A DNA stretch of 37,009 nucleotides, from contig NIVC01002348.1 in NCBI GenBank assembly GCA_002269645.1, positions 1 to 37,009 of the forward strand, written 5' to 3'. The DNA is from Macrostomum lignano (Eukaryota). This document shows positions 34,195 through 37,009 of this stretch, in pieces. A program made the translations under genes and the position numbers. The notes under the pieces are model-generated. The model made no database searches and had not been told where the DNA came from. It was given only the letters and a program-made list of their open reading frames with translations. Each line of letters starts with the position of its first letter. The first letter of the stretch is position 1.

Positions 34195-36554
34195 TTATTT
34201 TTTATTATGTCGCGCAACGCACAGTTCTCCCACAAGCAGCACAAGGCCAATAGCGTAGAAGCAAGCCGTGACCAAAACTATACCTGCCATGGTCTCTATG
34301 CCGATGGCATCAGCAGAGCCTGTATTGCTTTTAGTTCCTTTGGCGCAAGTAACGTCGGTCTCTGGCGAAAAGTACTTCTGCTTCAGATGTTGGATTTGGC
34401 CAGCCTCGTGCAGTTTCTGCATGCTGAAGATTTTTAGGCATGTAATTTTAGAATTATGCTTCACAAGCGTATACGAAAATCACAGTTGCAGTAGAGAATA
34501 AATGAATTTCGCTCACTAATAATTTATGGCCTTTCCAAAAACAGCATCTTCCGGCATGATGAAAGCCACAGTAGCAGCATTGAAAACTTCCGAAGCGACA
34601 TACCAACGAGAGCAATTCATCTTGGCCATGTATTCAATCAGCGAGAAGTCACCTATGCAAGCGATCTTGTAGTTGGTTTCCATCTGCGGGAAGTTTTCGG
34701 AGGCGGTTAACATACACGAGTACATGCATGCACACCTCCTACGAGGTGAAATTAATGTATGCACCTTATGCTAATACCTTTAAGCTCGTCCAACATTCCA
34801 ACGTCCTAAACGTATTAAACGTATACACTGCTAGTGGTCCTTAGTCGACAAAGGTTGCCGATAAATGGATCCTTTTAAATTACGCCGACGAATCACTACG
34901 TTAATGTGTCGGCTAAACGTCGGTGTAATATAAAATTAACCATCTAGTAGCGACATTAACAAACGTCGGAAATCTCAGCCGACGTCGCCAACGCCGGACT
35001 GCTGCCCGGGATAGAATAGTTAGTCAACTATATTAAAGCAAAATTAGTTTCACGAACGTGAATTACCTCAACAGCACAGCTACGAACAGCCAGTAATTTT
35101 TCACCAAGCTGCTTATACACCCCAGTCTGGGCAGTTGTCAGCAGAGTGTACATATTGCTTCCGGAGGACACGGCTGGTTGAATCTCGTTCTGATCAGCCA
35201 GATCCTGCAGAGTCCTGATTTGCACACTGGTCACCGATACGGTCAGAGTCGAAGTAAGAAATGCTGCAAAAAATTGGCTTTCGTATCATCGACTTTGTTT
35301 TTTTCTTCATAGATTATTTTCGATGAGTTACAACTAGAAATTCTACATGTAGTCATAGTATCATATAAAAAATTGGCGCTTGATGCCTTGGGTGTTACTT
35401 AGGCGCTTAAATATCCTGGGTGGAACAATTCCTTCCAAGAAGTAACTCCTAGACACAATCCACGTCAAAAATTACCTCGTGGGCTCAGGCTGAAAGTACA
35501 ATAGTAGCTCGTGGACACACAGTGGCGCAACCAGGTGGGGTGAGGGTCGGGGGCGGTCGCCCCCCACTGAGGCGGAGACCAAAAAATAAGGGGGCGAAGG
35601 GAATTTTGCCAAAACACAGAGCCGCACCTCCTCCGCCCCCCCTTTGGGTCCTTACCCTCTAGAATCCGCCGCGCGCCCCCTTCAACAAATTTCACAAGGA
35701 CAAGAACAAGGACAAGGACAACAAGGACACAACCTCAAATCTCCAGTGATTGTGTCCCAGTCTCATTACCCATGGTTAAAATGACTCTATAAGGCTGGAT
35801 TGTTTACTCGCTTTCAGGCTACGTCCTTAGGATATCTAAATAACTCCGAAATGATTTAAAAGCGCGTAGTAGTCTCATCAACAAGAAAGTTAGAATAGAA
35901 ACCACTTAGTGATTTGTTTAGCTCGGAAAATTTTAGACATCTTGAGGACATAGCCCTGAAACTGAGTTTGAGTTCTGCACTCTCAAAAATCTTGAATAAA
36001 GCATAGTTCCAACGCAATTCAAGCCTTGTTCAAACAATCCTTTTCAATAGCATCGTATGGCATACAACCACTCAAGGGTTCATTTTACCGACAGCCAACA
36101 CTAGAAAAACTGTTCCCTCAAAATCGATGAAATACCTGTGTACACCGCGTAGATGATAACATTGAAAAACCACCAGAAGGCCAGCAATGTTCTTGGTGAC
36201 ATTGCGCTTGGGTAAAAGTCCTGGCCCTGCTGCAGGAAGCTACCGATCATGGTCCAAACATACTGCAAATAGCGGGCCTCGTCGATATTTGCACCGTCAA
36301 GATTCAAATTTGTGCTCGAGAATGGCGAAAAGTAGGCCAGAATCCATACGAAAAAGGCCGCTACGAAGACGGAGCCACCCAAAGCCAGCCACACAGTCCA
36401 GTGGAGCGGCAGGAACACATTCCACAGGCCTGTGCGAGCCTCTGCACGAGGGACTATCACTCCGCTGTACTCCGCATACACAGTCCGTTGTGTAGTCGAT
36501 CACTGCGTCCCGAACTGTGGTCTTTGTGAACGGGCCAGCGCCAAGCTGAGCAAT
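34195..36554 (-). pseudogene. R3: iGluR-like gene, exons 9-12, with +1 frameshift in exon 9; 5' part not seen in the window
   Basis: Exons 36136-36554 (419 vs 418 nt; GACTGTGTATGC vs GACCTGTATGC near 36480), 35067-35263 (197), 34517-34683 (167) and 34195-34423 (229). Could be an intact gene if the 1-nt indel is an error and upstream exons lie beyond 37009. Confidence 0.8.
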
Positions 36555-37009
36555 CTTAATCGAGCATGATAAGAAAGAGGCGATGGATAAAGTCGCAAAA
36601 GGAACACGATCCTAGAAGAAAGTATAACAATTGTTGTGCGCCCCTTCGAAGCGACGCCTACAGCTTTGACCAGTCGGAAGCTGCGACTCCCCCCCCCCCC
36701 CCCAGGTCCCCAGTCAAGGCTCTCGTCCCGCGCCCAAGGAGAAGCAGGAAAAGAAAAGTAACTCAGGAACACGAACTTACACCGTAGCCGATGCAGTTCG
36801 CCGTGCAATTTTTATGGTAGACGAGTAATTTGTTCAATAGCGAACGGAGGCGGACCAAACGCGAGCAAAGGACGGGGCTGCCCACCAGACAGCGACTTCA
36901 TTATCGGAATGTTTCATCTGTTTACGCGTTACATGAATATTAAATAACTTAGGAACAAATGTACGGTATGAGGGTGAAGATGCAAGGTGTGTTATCAGCG
37001 TACGCATGG

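Noticed and set aside
35520-35680. GC-rich MITE-like segment starting CAGTGGCGCAACC in R3 intron 9
   Set aside because: No convincing matching inverted end or TSD by eye.
36781-36917. Exon-like segment on the minus strand ending in GGT|GTAAG as R3 exon 8
   Set aside because: Translation does not match the DGxWG...TGCxGE exon 8 pattern, and the length and frame do not fit.

Overview
Eukaryotic (invertebrate animal) genomic DNA, not prokaryotic. It has GT-AG introns, GC-rich exons, satellites, SINEs and Tc1/mariner remnants; a flatworm-like source is only a guess. The window holds a cluster of six paralogous, divergent ionotropic glutamate receptor (iGluR/IR-like) loci arranged as three tail-to-tail pairs. 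F1 (+, last exon only, 5634-5902) pairs with R1 (-, last two exons, 7183-7670). F2 (+, 12 exons, 10711-15782, intact, 840 aa by my exon assembly) pairs with R2 (-, part of exon 6 to exon 12, 19822-22587). F3 (+, 12 exons, 25757-31786, 16-bp frameshift deletion) pairs with R3 (-, exons 9-12, 34195-36554). Exon lengths and phases match across paralogs (226/138/111/395/153/249/107/94/418/197/167), which supports the models. Only F2 is intact in this sequence. The main unusual feature is a constant amino-terminal domain joined to variable ligand-binding/channel halves. A 211-bp stretch of exon 6 is about 95-97% identical in F2, R2 and F3, and identity stops at the ATD/S1 junction (FNNA). R2 lacks exons 1-5 and lies inverted behind F2, so the layout resembles an invertible two-cassette switch. 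That mechanism is a hypothesis; ordinary gene conversion plus deletion is the null. All alignments and counts were done by eye, and single-base indels could be assembly errors.
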